Shown here: piece after piece, positions 1 through 16,249 of the stretch
How positions within the stretch are numbered: the stretch's first letter is position 1
How the letters are laid out: each line of letters opens with the position of its first letter
From: an uncultured Gammaproteobacteria bacterium
Lineage (GTDB): Bacteria > Pseudomonadota > Gammaproteobacteria > UBA9214
DNA length: 64,000 nt
Direction of reading: 5' to 3'
NCBI GenBank assembly: GCA_963773065.1
Contig: CAVYZN010000014.1
Location: 96,001-160,000, forward strand
Position numbers and translations under genes: made by a program
The notes under the pieces: model-generated
Told to the model about the DNA's origin: nothing
Seen by the model: only the letters and a program-made list of their open reading frames with translations
The model's database searches: none

Positions 1-2185
1 CAGGCTATCACCCAGTGGATCCGGGCTGGTCACACAGCGGTTCGGTGGCGGAAATACACAATGCCGGCGGCGTTGTCGGGGCCTGGCTTGCCGATATCCT
101 GCTGTACCTGTTTGGCTATCTCGCCTACCTCCTGCCTGTCATGGTGTCTTACAGCGGCTGGCTGGTATTCAAGGGGTGTACCCCCACCGGCGGGATTGAT
201 CTGCATATCCTGGCGATCCGCTGGTCCGGTTTCCTGCTTACGGTCGGCGCCGGCTGCGGGCTGGCCGCGCTGGATTCGGGTACACTACACGGGTGTGTTA
301 CCGTCCGGTGCCGGAGGCGTACTCGGCAAGGTGGTGGGGTCCGGTTTGGCGGACCTGTTCAGTCCGGTTGGCGCGACCTTGTTCCTGCTGGCCCTGTTCC
401 TCACCGGCATCACGCTGTTCACCGGCCTGTCCTGGCTCTCGGTGATGGACCTTACCGGGAAATACATCATCGCGTCGGCGAATAATGCCTACGTCCTGGT
501 CGGCCGGTTGCCGGAATACCTCATTAGCAGACGGGCACAGCGGCAACGCCACGAGAACGTAAGGATCGTCCAGGAAAAGACCGCCAACCGCAAACCGCCG
601 CGCATCGAGCCGGTCATCAAGCCGATCCAGAAAAGCGATCGCGAGGAGCGTGAACGCCAGGTGCCACTGTTTGCACCGCCCCCGAATACCGAACTGCCGC
701 CCCTGTCATTGCTCGATCCGCCGCGCCCCTCGGGAGAGGGTTACTCACCGGCGGCGCTGGAGGCCATGTCACGCCTCGTAGAGATGAAGCTGCTGGACTT
801 CAACATCGAGGTGCAGGTCGTGGAGGTCCACCCCGGTCCGGTCATCACGCGCTTCGAGCTCGACCTGGGCGCGGGGGTAAAGGTCAGCCAGGTCTCCAAC
901 CTGGCCAAGGACATCGCACGCGCCCTGTCGGCGATCAGCGTGCGCGTCGTGGAAGTCATTCCGGGCAAATCGGTGATCGGGCTCGAGATACCCAATGAAC
1001 ACCGCGACATCATCAGCCTGAGCGAGATCCTGAGTTCAGCCGAATACGACGGCTCGCAATCGCCCCTGACACTTGCCCTGGGCAAGGATATCGGCGGGCA
1101 GCCGGTGGTGGCCGATCTCGCGCGGATGCCACACCTGATGGTGGCCGGCACGACCGGTTCCGGCAAATCCGTCGCCATCAATGCCATGATCCTGAGTCTG
1201 CTCTACAAGACGCTGCCGAAAGACGTCCGGCTCATCATGATCGATCCGAAAATGCTTGAGCTGTCCATCTACGAGGGCATTCCCCACCTCCTGACCCCGG
1301 TGGTCACCGACATGAAAGAGGCCGCCAACGCCTTGCGCTGGTGCGTGGGTGAGATGGAACGCCGCTACAAGCTGATGGCGGCGCTGGGCGTGCGCAACAT
1401 CGCCAACTACAACCGCAAGGTAGCGGAAGCCAAAGAGGCGGGCGAGCCGATTCCCGATCCGCTATTCAACCCCGAGGAAGTCCTGGAGGGCACCGAACCC
1501 CCGGTACTGCAGCCACTGCCGTATATCGTCATCATCATCGATGAACTGGCCGACATGATGATGGTGGTCGGCAAAAAGGTCGAGGAACTGATCGCCCGCC
1601 TGGCGCAGAAGGCGCGCGCCTCCGGCGTCCATCTGATCCTCGCGACCCAGCGTCCCTCGGTGGATGTCATCACCGGTCTGATCAAGGCCAATATCCCGAC
1701 CCGCATCGCCTTCCAGGTATCGGCCAAGGTGGATTCGCGCACCATACTCGACCAGATGGGCGCCGAGGCCCTGCTGGGACACGGCGACATGCTCTACATG
1801 ATGCCGGGTACTTCCGTGCCGGTTCGCGTCCACGGCGCCTTTGTCTCCGACCAGGAGGTCCACAAGGTCGTCGGCCACCTCAAGGATAAATCCGCGCCGG
1901 ATTACATGACGGAAATCCTCGAAGCCGGTACGGAACCGGTACTTGGACTCTCGTCCGCCGAGGGGGAGAGCGATGACACGGAGTCGGACCCGTTGTATGA
2001 CCAGGCCGTGGCCATCGTTACCGAAAGCCGGCGCGCTTCCATCTCCGGTGTCCAGCGCCGGCTCAAGATCAGGTTACAACCGCGCCGCCCGCATGATCGA
2101 ACACATGGAAGATACCGGCGTCGTCGGTCCGGCGCAATCCAACGGCAGTCGCGAGGTGCTGGCTCCGCCGCCGGTCGATGCCTGA
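1..2185 (+). CDS. ftsK: DNA translocase FtsK (5' end outside window; indels near 280 and 2070)
   Basis: N-terminal TM segment (DPGWSH...GAWLAD), Walker [35 protein letters not shown] and gamma domain [10 protein letters not shown], joined across three ORFs. Confidence 0.95.
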
Positions 2186-2824
2186 TGTGTCATCCGTTCC
2201 ATTCCCTGCGCCCTGTGCTCGTGGTAGCGCTCTTCCTGGTGAGTCCGCTGGTCATGGCGGGCGGCGCCCTGGATACCCTGCAGGCTTTCTTCAAGGACCT
2301 GCGCACCCTGGAGGCGGAATTTCACCAGGAGGTTCTCACCAGCGAAGGCAAGCTGCAGCAGGACTCCGCCGGTCATGTCTGGATCCTGCGTCCGGGAAGA
2401 TTCCGCTGGAATTACCAGACACCCTATAAACAGCAACTCGTCGCCGACGGCCGGCGCCTTTGGTCCTACGATGAAGATCTCGCGCAGGTCAGCGTGCAGG
2501 CGATGGACAAGGTATTCAGCGCGACGCCCGCCATGCTGCTGAGCGGAAATGAACCGCTCGAGAACGTATTCCGGATGCAGGAACAGCCCGCGCCCGAGGG
2601 TGAGCAGCAGGTCCTGCTGACGCCGAAGAGCGATGACAGCAACGTCATCGGGATCCACCTCTATTTCGTGAACGGTGCGCTTCTCGCGCATCGAAGCCAG
2701 GGACAACTTCGGGAATACCACCTCGTTTACCTTTACTAAACTGGTCCGCAATGCCCCGGTGGATGAGGGCATCTTCCGCTTCGTGCCGCCGCCGGATGCG
2801 GACATCGTCGGCGAACCTGACTGA
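2185..2824 (+). CDS. lolA: Outer-membrane lipoprotein carrier LolA (indel near 2690)
   Basis: Signal peptide, RPGRFRWNY motif, C-terminal [13 protein letters not shown]; canonical ftsK-lolA-rarA order. Confidence 0.9.
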
Positions 2825-2860
2825 GCGGCGGTTAACGGCGGATAGCCTCCGCAAGCACCC

Positions 2861-4177
2861 ATGCTGAAGAGCGAAGACACCTGGCGCCCGCTGGCCGACC
2901 GGATGAGGCCCCGTTCCCTCGATGCCTTCACCGGCCAGTCGCACATCCTCGGACCGGGAAAACCCCTGCGCCGCGCCATCGAGGAGGGCCATCTGCATTC
3001 CATGGTCCTGTGGGGTCCGCCGGGCAGCGGCAAGACCACGCTGGCGAAACTGCTCGCCGAGCAGACCAACGCCGAATTTCTCAGCCTTTCGGCGGTGATG
3101 GCGGGCGTCAAGGACATCCGCGCCGCCGTCGAGACCGCCGCACGGATACGCGACCTGGAAGCGCGTCTCACCATCCTGTTCATCGACGAGGCGCACCGTT
3201 TCAACAAGGCCCAGCAGGACGCCTTCCTGCCCTATGTGGAAAACGGCACGATCATCTTCATCGGCGCCACCACCGAGAATCCGTCCTTCGAACTCAACAG
3301 TGCGCTGCTCTCCCGGGCCCGGACCTATACCCTGAAGCGGCTGGACCACGAGGCCCTGCGCCGCATCGTCGATAGCGCCCTGCAAGACCGCGTGCATGGC
3401 CTGGGGGAACGCAATCTGGTGCTGGCGGAGGAATTGCGCGACCGGCTGGTTGAGGCCGCGGACGGCGATGCGCGGCGCGCGCTCAACCTGCTGGAGATCG
3501 CCGCCGACCTCGCCGAGACGCAAGGGGATCACGGCGTCATACCCGAGGCCGTGCTGAACGAAGTCATCGCCGGCGGGATCCGCCGCTTCGACAAGGGCGG
3601 TGAGGATTTCTACGACCAGATCTCGGCGCTGCACAAATCGGTGCGCGGTTCCTCGCCCGATGCCTCCCTCTACTGGCTGGTGCGCATGCTGGATGGCGGC
3701 TGCGACCCGCTCTACATCGCCCGCCGGCTGGTGCGCATGGCCTCGGAGGATATCGGCAATGCCGACCCGCGCGCCCTGAGCCTGGCCCTGGATGCCTGGG
3801 ATGTCCAGGAGCGCCTCGGCAGTCCGGAAGGAGAGCTGGCGCTCGCCCAGGCCGTGCTCTATCTCGCCTGCGCGGCCAAGAGCAACGCCGTCTACAGCGC
3901 CTACAACGCCGCCCGGGCCGATGTGCAGAAGCTCGGCTCGCTGGAGGTGCCCATACATCTGCGCAACGCCCCCACACGTCTCATGAAGGAACTGGGCTAC
4001 GGCAAGGCCTACCGCTACGCCCATGACGAACCCGAGGCCTATGCCGCCGGCGAGCATTACTTCCCCGAGGGCATGCCGCCGGTGCGCTATTACCGGCCGG
4101 TCGAGCGCGGCCTGGAAATCCGCATCGCCGAGAAGCTGGCCCACCTGCGGGAACTGGACGCAAAGCACAAGGGCTGA
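2861..4177 (+). CDS. rarA: Replication-associated recombination protein A (RarA/MgsA)
   Basis: PLADRMRP, WGPPGSGKTT, GATTENPSF, SEDIGNADP. Confidence 0.95.
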   Translation: MLKSEDTWRPLADRMRPRSLDAFTGQSHILGPGKPLRRAIEEGHLHSMVLWGPPGSGKTTLAKLLAEQTNAEFLSLSAVMAGVKDIRAAVETAARIRDLEARLTILFIDEAHRFNKAQQDAFLPYVENGTIIFIGATTENPSFELNSALLSRARTYTLKRLDHEALRRIVDSALQDRVHGLGERNLVLAEELRDRLVEAADGDARRALNLLEIAADLAETQGDHGVIPEAVLNEVIAGGIRRFDKGGEDFYDQISALHKSVRGSSPDASLYWLVRMLDGGCDPLYIARRLVRMASEDIGNADPRALSLALDAWDVQERLGSPEGELALAQAVLYLACAAKSNAVYSAYNAARADVQKLGSLEVPIHLRNAPTRLMKELGYGKAYRYAHDEPEAYAAGEHYFPEGMPPVRYYRPVERGLEIRIAEKLAHLRELDAKHKG

Positions 4178-4291
4178 GGCGCAGCAGGGCTGGCATCGCG
4201 GTGCACGGCCGCGGTTGAATCGTCCTTGTCAACGATGCACGCGATGCGGCCTGCGTGTACCATAACCGGCCATGAACCATGGGACGACGGG

Positions 4292-4666
4292 ATGAGACAG
4301 GTGCTGGCGATCGCGGCGGGCGGCGCCCTCGGTTCGTTGCTGCGTTACTGGGTGTCGAGCGGCACCCATGCGGTATTGGGCCGGGGGTTCCCCTATGGCA
4401 CCCTCACCGTCAATGTCCTGGGCAGCCTGCTGATGGGTTTTCTGTATATCTGGCTGCTTGACCGCGTTGCCGCGGGGCCGGTATTGCGCGCCTTTCTGCT
4501 CATCGGGGTGCTGGGCGGCTTTACGACATTTTCGTCCTTTTCCATCGAGTCCCTGAACCTGATCGAGGCCGGGCAGGTGATGAAGGCGCTTGTTAACGTC
4601 CTGCTCAGCGTGACGGTCTGTATTACCGCCGCCGGACTCGGCGTGCTGATGGCGAGACAATTATGA
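4292..4666 (+). CDS. crcB: Fluoride channel Fluc/CrcB
   Basis: GGALGSLLRY, FPYGTLTVNVLGS, GGFTTFSSF. Confidence 0.93.
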   Translation: MRQVLAIAAGGALGSLLRYWVSSGTHAVLGRGFPYGTLTVNVLGSLLMGFLYIWLLDRVAAGPVLRAFLLIGVLGGFTTFSSFSIESLNLIEAGQVMKALVNVLLSVTVCITAAGLGVLMARQL

Positions 4667-4968
4667 AAACACTGGATGTCACCTGTGTACGCGTTTACCT
4701 GACGGAGGCGGAGGGCAAGCTCGAGCACCTGCTCGAGTGCCTGCATGATGACCAGAAGGTACTCGGCGTGACCGTGTACCGCGGCATCAGCGGCTTCGGC
4801 AAGCACGGCAGGATGCATTCCTCCTCGCTGCTGGATATCTCGCTGAACCTGCCGCTGGTGATTGAATTCTTCGACACCCCGGAGAAAATCGTCTCGATCA
4901 TCGAGTACCTGTATCCGAGACTGGATCCGGGGCATATCGTGAGCTGGCCGGCCACTCTCTACGTCTGA
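4663..4968 (+). CDS. DUF190 (PII-like) protein
   Basis: GVTVYRGISGFG...LPLVIEFFD; typical crcB partner with ATGA overlap. Confidence 0.85.
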   Translation: MKTLDVTCVRVYLTEAEGKLEHLLECLHDDQKVLGVTVYRGISGFGKHGRMHSSSLLDISLNLPLVIEFFDTPEKIVSIIEYLYPRLDPGHIVSWPATLYV

Positions 4969-4994
4969 GGCTACGCCTGAAACCGGCCGCTTGA

Positions 4995-6305
<1,311 letters not shown>

Positions 6306-6467
6306 TCGCCGCGCGTTACCAGCCGGATTCTGGGTGATGATGATAGCCGGTAATCAGGTAGTTCTCAGCGCGCAGTTCCTTGGTCCTGTCTCTCCATTCG
6401 ACGCGCTGATGGCCGCTTTCATGCTCGGCACATGTGTAGGCATGGTTGAACCTTGTTGCAGCAGTTG

Positions 6468-7195
6468 CTAGAAAACGCGTAGCGGCGAACCGGCCCCGTA
6501 GGGACGCCGGTAAAACAACAGACTTGCTCCGCCGGGTTCCTGCAATACCAGTTCGGTTTCATTGCGTACGAACTGATATATGTTCACGGCCCCGGTCTGG
6601 GGTGTATACATTTTCACCACGTTGTCATCGATATCGAGGGCGCCCGTTAAGGATGCCACACTATCGCGCAAGCGAAAGCGATTACCCCTGACTTCGAGGA
6701 TTTCCCCGCTCGTTCCGTACCACCTGCCATCCAGCAGCGATGCGCCGCGATAGGCATTCCTGCCGCCGGGAAGACCGGCCCAGGGCTGAGCTGACGGGTA
6801 GACCGTAACCCGTTCCGGCGAAGGGATTAACCCCCAGGGGTGAGGCCCAGGGATTACCTGCCATGGGCAGTGTCCAGGGCGTGGCGCCAAATCCGCCGCC
6901 GGGCCAGGCACTCGATCCCGGCCATCCGCCCATGCCGGACATGCCGTTCATGAGCGGCCAGCCACTCATACCCGGACATGCCACTCATGAGCGGCCAGCC
7001 ACTCATGCCTTGACCGTAGGAATTCAGTGGCGAATTCCATGAATTCGAGCTGTTCATGGACTCCGCCATGATATTCATCATGGTCAGCATCATGCGAAAC
7101 ATAATGCTGAACATGTCCCCCATTCCATCGGCGGCGGCCGTCACAGGCAGCGACATGGCACAGATGAACACCCCAATGGCCCGTTTGTTTCTCAT
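6468..7195 (-). CDS. Hypothetical secreted Met/Gly/Trp/Pro-rich protein (frameshifted)
   Basis: Three overlapping minus-strand ORFs join into a signal peptide, a Met-rich helix, GMSGWPLM repeats and a C-terminal beta domain (LDGRWYG...). Confidence 0.6.
6931..7009. repeat. ~36-bp tandem repeat (two copies plus a partial) encoding GMSGWPLMxGMS
   Basis: catgccggacatgccgttcatgagcggccagccact followed by catacccggacatgccactcatgagcggccagccact. Confidence 0.8.
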
Positions 7196-7454
7196 CGCGG
7201 GAAAAGCGTGATGTAATCCCTATGCAATAAGTGTAGGAAATCGACAGGGTAGTTATTGCCGGCAGGCGAAGAATACTATATCTAGTAAAATACATTCAAA
7301 TTTATACGAGATTTAGTAGTTTGGTGCAGGAAGGTGATAGCCGGTTCGGCACGTGATTTCAGCACATCCGGTGAGGTTTCATGCTGAACATCATGCAGGT
7401 AAAAAACGACGTCCATGTTAAACTTCATAAAATAAACTTATTTCTCTGAAACAC

Positions 7455-11132
<3,678 letters not shown>

Positions 11133-11301
11133 GGGAACCTGCACTGGACTCTAAATTGTTTGCTATCCTACCGGTAGTCCTATGCAGCGCGGATGTCAGC
11201 ATATCAGCCGCCCCCGGTGGGCCCCTGTTCCCCCATGTCTCCCGCGGGTTCCACGGCAGGCGTAATGGATCCGCATACGTCAAGGGTGGGGGATATCGCG
11301 T

Positions 11302-13254
11302 TTATCCCCCCTTAACCACCAGCACGGCACAGGATGTTTCATTGAGGATGCGTTCGGTGGTGCTGCCGAGCAGGACACGTTCGAGGCCGGTGCGGCCGTG
11401 GCTGCCGGTCACGATCAGGTCGGCGTTGCGCTCTTTCGCGACGGTCACGATCATCGTATCCGGGCGCCCGTCCAGCACCAGTCCTTCCGCGTCGATGCCC
11501 GCGCTCTTCATATGCTCCACGACCCGCTGGACCGCCTGTTCCGCCTCTTGGCGGTTCACCGGACCCTGGTCGGGCGTCGTGACCGAGACGACGGTTATTT
11601 GCGCCTGGCAGAAACCGGCCAGTCTGGTAGTGGTGACCGCGGCCGCGTCGGCGAAACGCGAGCCGTCGGTCGCGAGCACGATGTGCCGGCCTTCGACCCG
11701 GGCGGCGCGCGGCACCACCAGCACGTTGCAGTGTGCGAGACCGATGACCTGCGCGGTGGCGTGACCCAGCATCAGGCGTGCGAGTCCGCGCCGCCCGCGG
11801 CGGCCCATCACGATTAGGTCCACCTTCAGTCGGTCTGCCAGTTCGACGATCTCGCGGTCCACCGTCTGGCCGTGAATCAGGTGCGTTTCGCAGGCAATGG
11901 CGGCCGCCGTGGCCTGCGCCTTGATCTGGTCCAGGTGCGCCTGAGCCGTTTCCATCTCCTGCCTGAGGATTGCTTCACCCAGGGCTTCGTGTTCGACGCC
12001 GGTTGCCACCAGCGACATCACGTGCACCTGCGCGCCGCACTTGCGCGCCATGCCGATGGCCTCGCGCACGGCGGCGGCGCTGAATTCGGAACCGTCGCTG
12101 GCCACGAGGAAGCGTTCGAAACGCCCTAGCGGCGATAGCTGTGGGCTGGCCGGTGCTGCCGCGGCAAAGACCGGCGTGGCCTCCGCGGCTACGACCGCGG
12201 CAGTCGCCTGCACAAGGCGATATTCACGCATGCCCCGGTACAGGGCCTGCAGAATCATGGCGGCGCCGAACACCAGGGCGAAGGCGAGCGCGCCCTCGCC
12301 GATGCCGTCGAGCAGGCCCACGGTGCTTGCGGCCAGGGTATCGATGCTGCCCAGCTCCGATAGATAGCCCGGGATGTAGAAGACACGGCTCACCAGCACC
12401 AGCAGCATGATGGCCGCCATCACGAACTTCACCACATTGTCCTTCACGTAGGTGGTGCCGATGGCGCCGATCTGGATGCCGAACAGGGAGCCGGCCAGGA
12501 TGATCATGGACAGACGGATGTCGACGAAGCCGTCGAGCGCATAGAACAGGCTCCCGCCCATCCCCATCACGAAGGCGATCACGAGTTCGGTGGCGCTCGC
12601 CATGAGAGCGGGCAGGCCGAGGATGTAGATCATGGCCGGCACGCCGATAAAGCCGCCGACCGCGATGGTGCCCGCGAGCAGGCCGGTGGCGAAGCCGAGC
12701 GGGGCGATGACCAGCAGGGAGACCCGGGCATCGATGCTGCGGAAGTGCATCATGGTGCCCGGGATGTGCAGGCCGCGCACCCAGCGCACCAGGGGACTGA
12801 GCTGCTTTGGCTCCTTCTGGACGCTCTCGCCCCGCTGTTCCCGCAATGCGTCGCGCAGCACGATAGTGCCCACTATGCCGAGCACCACCACGAAGATGAA
12901 GGAGACGTAGAGATTGGTGCCCGCCGCCCCATAGGACTCCTTGATATCCACCATGAGGTGCTTGCCGGCGAATACCCCGGCCTCGGCGAAGATGCCCATC
13001 ACGATGCCGAGTTTCACGTCAACCTGGCCATACTTGTTGCGCTTGTAGGCGCCCACCAGGGACTTGGGGAACTTGTGAGCCATGTTGCTCGCCACGGCGA
13101 CGGCGGCCGGCACGCCCAGGCTCATCATGGCCGGCGTCAGCACGAAGGCGCCGCCCGAACCGATGAAGCCGCTGACCATGCCACCGATGAAACCGACCAG
13201 GAACAGTATCAGTACCGTGGTGAGATTGAGATCGATAAAATGAATAGTGTCCAT
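11302..13254 (-). CDS. TauE/SafE (TSUP) family transporter fused to two universal stress protein domains
   Basis: GFIGSGGAFVLTP TSUP motif and many TM helices, then two USP domains (ASDGSEFS...MGRRGRRG; ATDGSRFA...GSHGRTGLERVLLGS). Confidence 0.85.
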   Translation of the reverse strand: MDTIHFIDLNLTTVLILFLVGFIGGMVSGFIGSGGAFVLTPAMMSLGVPAAVAVASNMAHKFPKSLVGAYKRNKYGQVDVKLGIVMGIFAEAGVFAGKHLMVDIKESYGAAGTNLYVSFIFVVVLGIVGTIVLRDALREQRGESVQKEPKQLSPLVRWVRGLHIPGTMMHFRSIDARVSLLVIAPLGFATGLLAGTIAVGGFIGVPAMIYILGLPALMASATELVIAFVMGMGGSLFYALDGFVDIRLSMIILAGSLFGIQIGAIGTTYVKDNVVKFVMAAIMLLVLVSRVFYIPGYLSELGSIDTLAASTVGLLDGIGEGALAFALVFGAAMILQALYRGMREYRLVQATAAVVAAEATPVFAAAAPASPQLSPLGRFERFLVASDGSEFSAAAVREAIGMARKCGAQVHVMSLVATGVEHEALGEAILRQEMETAQAHLDQIKAQATAAAIACETHLIHGQTVDREIVELADRLKVDLIVMGRRGRRGLARLMLGHATAQVIGLAHCNVLVVPRAARVEGRHIVLATDGSRFADAAAVTTTRLAGFCQAQITVVSVTTPDQGPVNRQEAEQAVQRVVEHMKSAGIDAEGLVLDGRPDTMIVTVAKERNADLIVTGSHGRTGLERVLLGSTTERILNETSCAVLVVKGG

Positions 13255-13264
13255 GGGTTGCTTC

Positions 13265-13525
13265 CTACTTCTTCGCCCGGAAACCCAGCAGGTCCCAGAA
13301 TTGCCCGGTAAAGGCGCCGTGTACGAAGGAGAAGACCAGGGCGATGGCGATGGGTACCAAAGCGTAGATTTTATGCTCGCCCTGACGATTCGCCGCGGCC
13401 AGTTCCGGCAGTTTGTCGGAGTACAGATAGAGTAATAGGTACAGGCCGGCGCTGGCGGCCCCCAGGATCAGGGTGATGACGAGCGCCCGCGGCGATCGGG
13501 TGGCTGGTGGAAGGGGTGCGGTCAT
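13265..13525 (-). CDS. Small two-TM membrane protein upstream of the TSUP gene
   Basis: Two hydrophobic helices, conserved-looking FSFVHGAFTGQFWDLLG tail, 10 bp from the next gene. Confidence 0.7.
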   Translation of the reverse strand: MTAPLPPATRSPRALVITLILGAASAGLYLLLYLYSDKLPELAAANRQGEHKIYALVPIAIALVFSFVHGAFTGQFWDLLGFRAKK

Positions 13526-13784
13526 GGCGTTCTCTTGGTAGCGGCTGGAGTCGTTGGGTGTATGCACGAGGCGGCATAGTCTAATGGTTAGTTGTAAAAA
13601 GCGAAATATCCTTCGATGGAATAGGGGCATGAATTTTCTGGATAGCGCTGGTTAAACCGGCAAATCAAAATTTCGGCTTGCTCGGTGAGCCCACCGGTAA
13701 TTGACTGGTGACTGCCGGTAAATCCGTGGTAGAGCGGTGATCACCGATCCGCCTTTATCTCTTGTAATCACGTACAATACGATC

Positions 13785-14928
13785 ATGGATACACCGATTT
13801 TCAAGGCTGCCTCCGCCGTGGGAGCCGACTGGCGCGTTGTCGCCGAACAGTGCCTGGCGGAACTGGATTGCGAACCCGCATCCGCCAGTCTCGGCCTGTT
13901 GTACATCACCGAGCCCCTCGCGCCTTACCTCGACAGGCTGCTCGAGCAGCTTCGCGCCCGTACCGGCGTCAGCGACTGGGTCGGAACCGTTGGCAGCGGC
14001 ATCTGCCGCACCGGCATCGAGATTTACGATGAACCGGCGGCCGCCGTCATGCTGGCGGCATTGCCGGAGAACAGTTTTCGCCTCATCCCGGCAGGACTGG
14101 ATGCGCTGGCGGAAATGCTCACCGTCAATCGCGACTGGATCGCCGAACATCAGGCCCGTTTCGGGATCGTCCATGGCGACCCGCGCAACAACCACATCGC
14201 GCAAATCATCGAATCGCTGTCGTTGGAGCTGGACCCCGGGTTTCTGGTCGGCGGTCTGACATCGGCCAGCGCCGGCAACCATCAGATTCAGATTGCCGGC
14301 AGTCGTCTGCGAGAACGGCCTCTCGGGCGTGCTCTTTTCCGCCGAAGTTCCGGTGATCAGCGGACTGACCCAGGGTTGCACGCCGCTGGGCCAGAAGCAC
14401 ACCATCACTCGCTGTCAGCGCAACATCCTGGTTGAACTCAACGGCCGTCCGGCCTTGGAAGTATTCCGCGAGGACATCGGTGAAATACTGTCTCGTGATC
14501 TGTCGAAGGTCGCCGGTTATATCTTCGCCGGTTTGCCCGTACCCGGTTCGGACACCGGCGATTACCTGGTGCGCAATCTGGTCGGCATCGACCCGCAGCA
14601 GAAACTGGTGGCGATCGGGGAACTGGTCGAGGAAGGCGACACCATCATGTTCTGCCGCCGTGACGGCGACAGCGCGCGCGAGGATATGCGGCGCATGCTG
14701 CGCGATCTGGGCAAGCGCGCCCGTGGCGGCATCAGGGGCGGTGTGTATTACACCTGTCTCGGCCGCGGGCGTTATCAGTTCGGTGAAAACTCGGAAGAAT
14801 TACGGATGATTCAGGAACAGTTGGGCGACTTTCCGCTGGTGGGATTCTTCGCCAACGGCGAGATCTCGCATAACCGCCTGTATGGCTATACCGGGGTATT
14901 GACGCTGTTTCTCCAGGGAGGAAGCTGA
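13785..14928 (+). CDS. FIST N/C domain sensory protein (indel near 14300)
   Basis: LVGGLTS, TQGCTPLG, DYLVRNLVGID, CLGRG, PLVGFFANGEI...LYGYTGVL. Confidence 0.85.
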
Positions 14929-15081
14929 TTTATTCCTAGTTTGAACGGCTGAATTGACCTTCCGACCGGCACGCCACCAGCCTCTTGCTGGAATTCCTCA
15001 TGATGTATCCCGTTCCGGATTGAATGCCGGTTTTCGCCGGCACGTCGCCTGGATCAGGCCGCCATCCGGGCTACGGCGGTG

Positions 15082-15833
15082 TTACTCCTTCCAGTATTGT
15101 TCGACTGGTGATGTGGCCGGGATCCCGGCGCCGGTTCTTCTTGAGTCCGCGCGCCTCCAGCAGATGCGTAGTGTCGTGCACCATGGCCGGGTTGCCGCAG
15201 ATCATGACCTGTGATGAAGCCGCGTCCAGCGACAGGCCGGCGCGCGTTTCCAGCCGGCCGTCCTCGATCGCCTGGGTGATCCGGCCGCCGAGGGCGTGAT
15301 CGACCGCCTCGCGGCTCACCATGGGGATCATCTGCAACCTGTTCAGGATGCCGTTCCAGCAGGCGCCTGATGGTGTCCTGATAGGTCAGTTCGCGCGCGG
15401 TGCGGACCGAGTGGACCAGGACGATGTTCCGGTAGCGCTCCCACACCTCGCTGGCGCCGAGGATCGACAAAAAGGGGCCGATCGCGGTGCCGGTGGCCAG
15501 CATCCACAGGCGTTCGGCATCCGGCAGCTCCTTGAGGATAAAAAAGCCGGCCGCGCGGGGCGCCACGAGGACGGTGTCGCCGGGCTGGAGGTGGATCAGT
15601 TCATGCGTCAGGGGCCCCTTGGGCACCGTGATGAAGTAGAACTCCAGCACGGGATCGTCCGGCGCATTCACAAACGAATAGGGACGTGCGATGATTTCCC
15701 CGTCGATATCCTTGGCGATGCGGGTGAACTGCCCGGCGATGAAGGGAGCGATATCGGCTTTGACCTGCAAGGAGTAGAGTTCCTCCGTCCATTGCCGGAG
15801 ATTGATGACACGGCCTTCGGCCCACTGGGTCAT
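15082..15833 (-). CDS. fpr: Ferredoxin-NADP+ reductase (indels near 15335 and 15105)
   Basis: RPYSFVNAP, MLATGTAIGPF, MICGNPAMV, C-terminal EQYW. Confidence 0.9.
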
Positions 15834-16053
15834 GCTGCCTGCACCCGGTTAATGCGTGTGTTCCTGTACACGGTGAACGGGAGTACCGGCAGGGACTGCC
15901 GGTCCATGTAATGCGCAATCTTCCGCAGCGGCATGCACGCGCCTTCTTCATGACTTTGACGGATGACTTATCATAACGTAAAACATGGCCGGCGCAGCCG
16001 CCTGATTCGCGCGGAATCAACCGCGGTAAGCACCTGAAGGCTCTTTGATCACT

Positions 16054-16245
16054 ATGCAGACGATGTCAACCTGGGAAATGGTATTGCTCGGAGCGCTTGC
16101 GCTGCTGGTGCTGTTCTGGGCCGGGCCCGGGGTGAAGGCGATGCTGGAACAAAGCCGGCAGGCGCAAAGCCGGGACTGGGCCGGGCTGCTGGTGCCCCTG
16201 CTGCTGGTGATCGCCTTTGTCATCCTGCTCATCAAACTGGTGTGA
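16054..16245 (+). CDS. Small two-TM hypothetical protein
   Basis: Two hydrophobic helices; ends 4 bp before the ABC gene. Confidence 0.65.
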   Translation: MQTMSTWEMVLLGALALLVLFWAGPGVKAMLEQSRQAQSRDWAGLLVPLLLVIAFVILLIKLV

Positions 16246-16249
16246 GCCC

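Noticed and set aside
61-2739. Apparent 892-aa FtsK-LolA fusion
   Set aside because: Produced by an indel near 2070; the real FtsK end is in another frame (stop at 2185) and LolA has its own start and signal peptide.
4178-4291. Fluoride riboswitch upstream of crcB
   Set aside because: The GGCGATGG...GCTGATGAC consensus is not recognisable.
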